From an uncultured Planctomycetota bacterium (lineage in GTDB: Bacteria; Planctomycetota; Planctomycetia; Isosphaerales; Isosphaeraceae), in contig CAVTTN010000002.1 of NCBI GenBank assembly GCA_963737655.1, positions 1,760,001 to 1,824,000 on the forward strand: a stretch of 64,000 nt of DNA, given 5' to 3'. Both the position numbers and the translations under genes were made by a program. The notes under the pieces were generated by a model. The model did no database searches, had not been told where the DNA came from, and saw only the letters and a list, made by a program, of their open reading frames with translations. This document shows, piece by piece, positions 63,579 to 64,000 of this stretch (position 1 is the stretch's first letter; the number at the start of each line of letters is the position of its first letter).

Positions 63579-64000
63579 ATGCCGAATGCGTACTTGCAGG
63601 GGATCCAGGGGTCGCTCGACAACCAGGCCCAGATCCGCAACGACATCAGCGTGGTCGCCATCAACTGGTTCGTCAACCGCTGCCCGCTGGTCACGCGAGT
63701 GCCCCGCGTCCCGTGCGGGTCGACGACCTTCACGATGGTCAGCCGATCGTTCCGCAGCCGGACGGCCCAGCTCGCCGCCCCGGCCCTGGCGACCGATACT
63801 CAGCTGACCCTGGCCGACGCCAGCGCCTCTGATGAACGGCGACGTCCTGGAGCTGGCCTCGGGCGAGCGGGTCGAGGTCGTCGCCGACCCGATCCTCGCC
63901 ACGAATACCGTGCTGATCCGCCGAGGAGCCGAGGCCACCACGCCCGCTGCTGGCTCGGCCGGGGACACGATCCGCCTGATCGGCAACAGCCGGACTGGAG
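63579..64000 (+). CDS. Putative major capsid protein (SU10/DUF5309-like), partial; apparent frameshift near 63828
   Basis: Missing from the ORF track because there is no stop. GGGAG RBS; MPNAYLQGIQG..IRNDIS....NRCPLVTRV; +1 frame LMNGDVLELASGERVEV...VLIRRGAEATTPAA...DTIRLIGNSRTG. Confidence 0.62.
   Translation, partial: MPNAYLQGIQGSLDNQAQIRNDISVVAINWFVNRCPLVTRVPRVPCGSTTFTMVSRSFRSRTAQLAAPALATDTQLTLADASASDERRRPGAGLGRAGRGRRRPDPRHEYRADPPRSRGHHARCWLGRGHDPPDRQQPDW

Overview
High-GC bacterial chromosomal window. The gene content points to a Planctomycete, probably Isosphaeraceae-like (DUF1559 prepilin protein, ECF sigma/Ser-Thr kinase pairs, Uma2 paralogs, sulfatases, a LExRxL-type export motif); this is an inference. 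Most of it is metabolic and envelope genes: uxaA, an ABC exporter, a ParE-type TA pair, glpK, a P1B ATPase, clpX, an aminotransferase, pfk, ppa and about six GT-C/ArnT-like membrane glycosyltransferases. There is also a decayed IS66. About ten genes carry single-base frameshifts, probably long-read errors. The strongest candidate for a new system is at the right edge (59549 to >64000): a compact phage head module (large terminase, portal, small membrane ORF, scaffold, major capsid). It starts about 220 bp from housekeeping ppa with no integrase, repressor, replication or small-terminase gene in front, as expected of a domesticated gene-transfer-agent-like element. Other highlights: a putative exported peptide beside a TPR kinase/ECF/sigma-70 cluster, a perfect 48-bp-arm hairpin, a PNFG-repeat membrane protein, a diadenylate-cyclase-like protein with an altered catalytic motif, and an in-frame-deleted mini-sulfatase. 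All calls come from motif recognition by eye; no searches were run.
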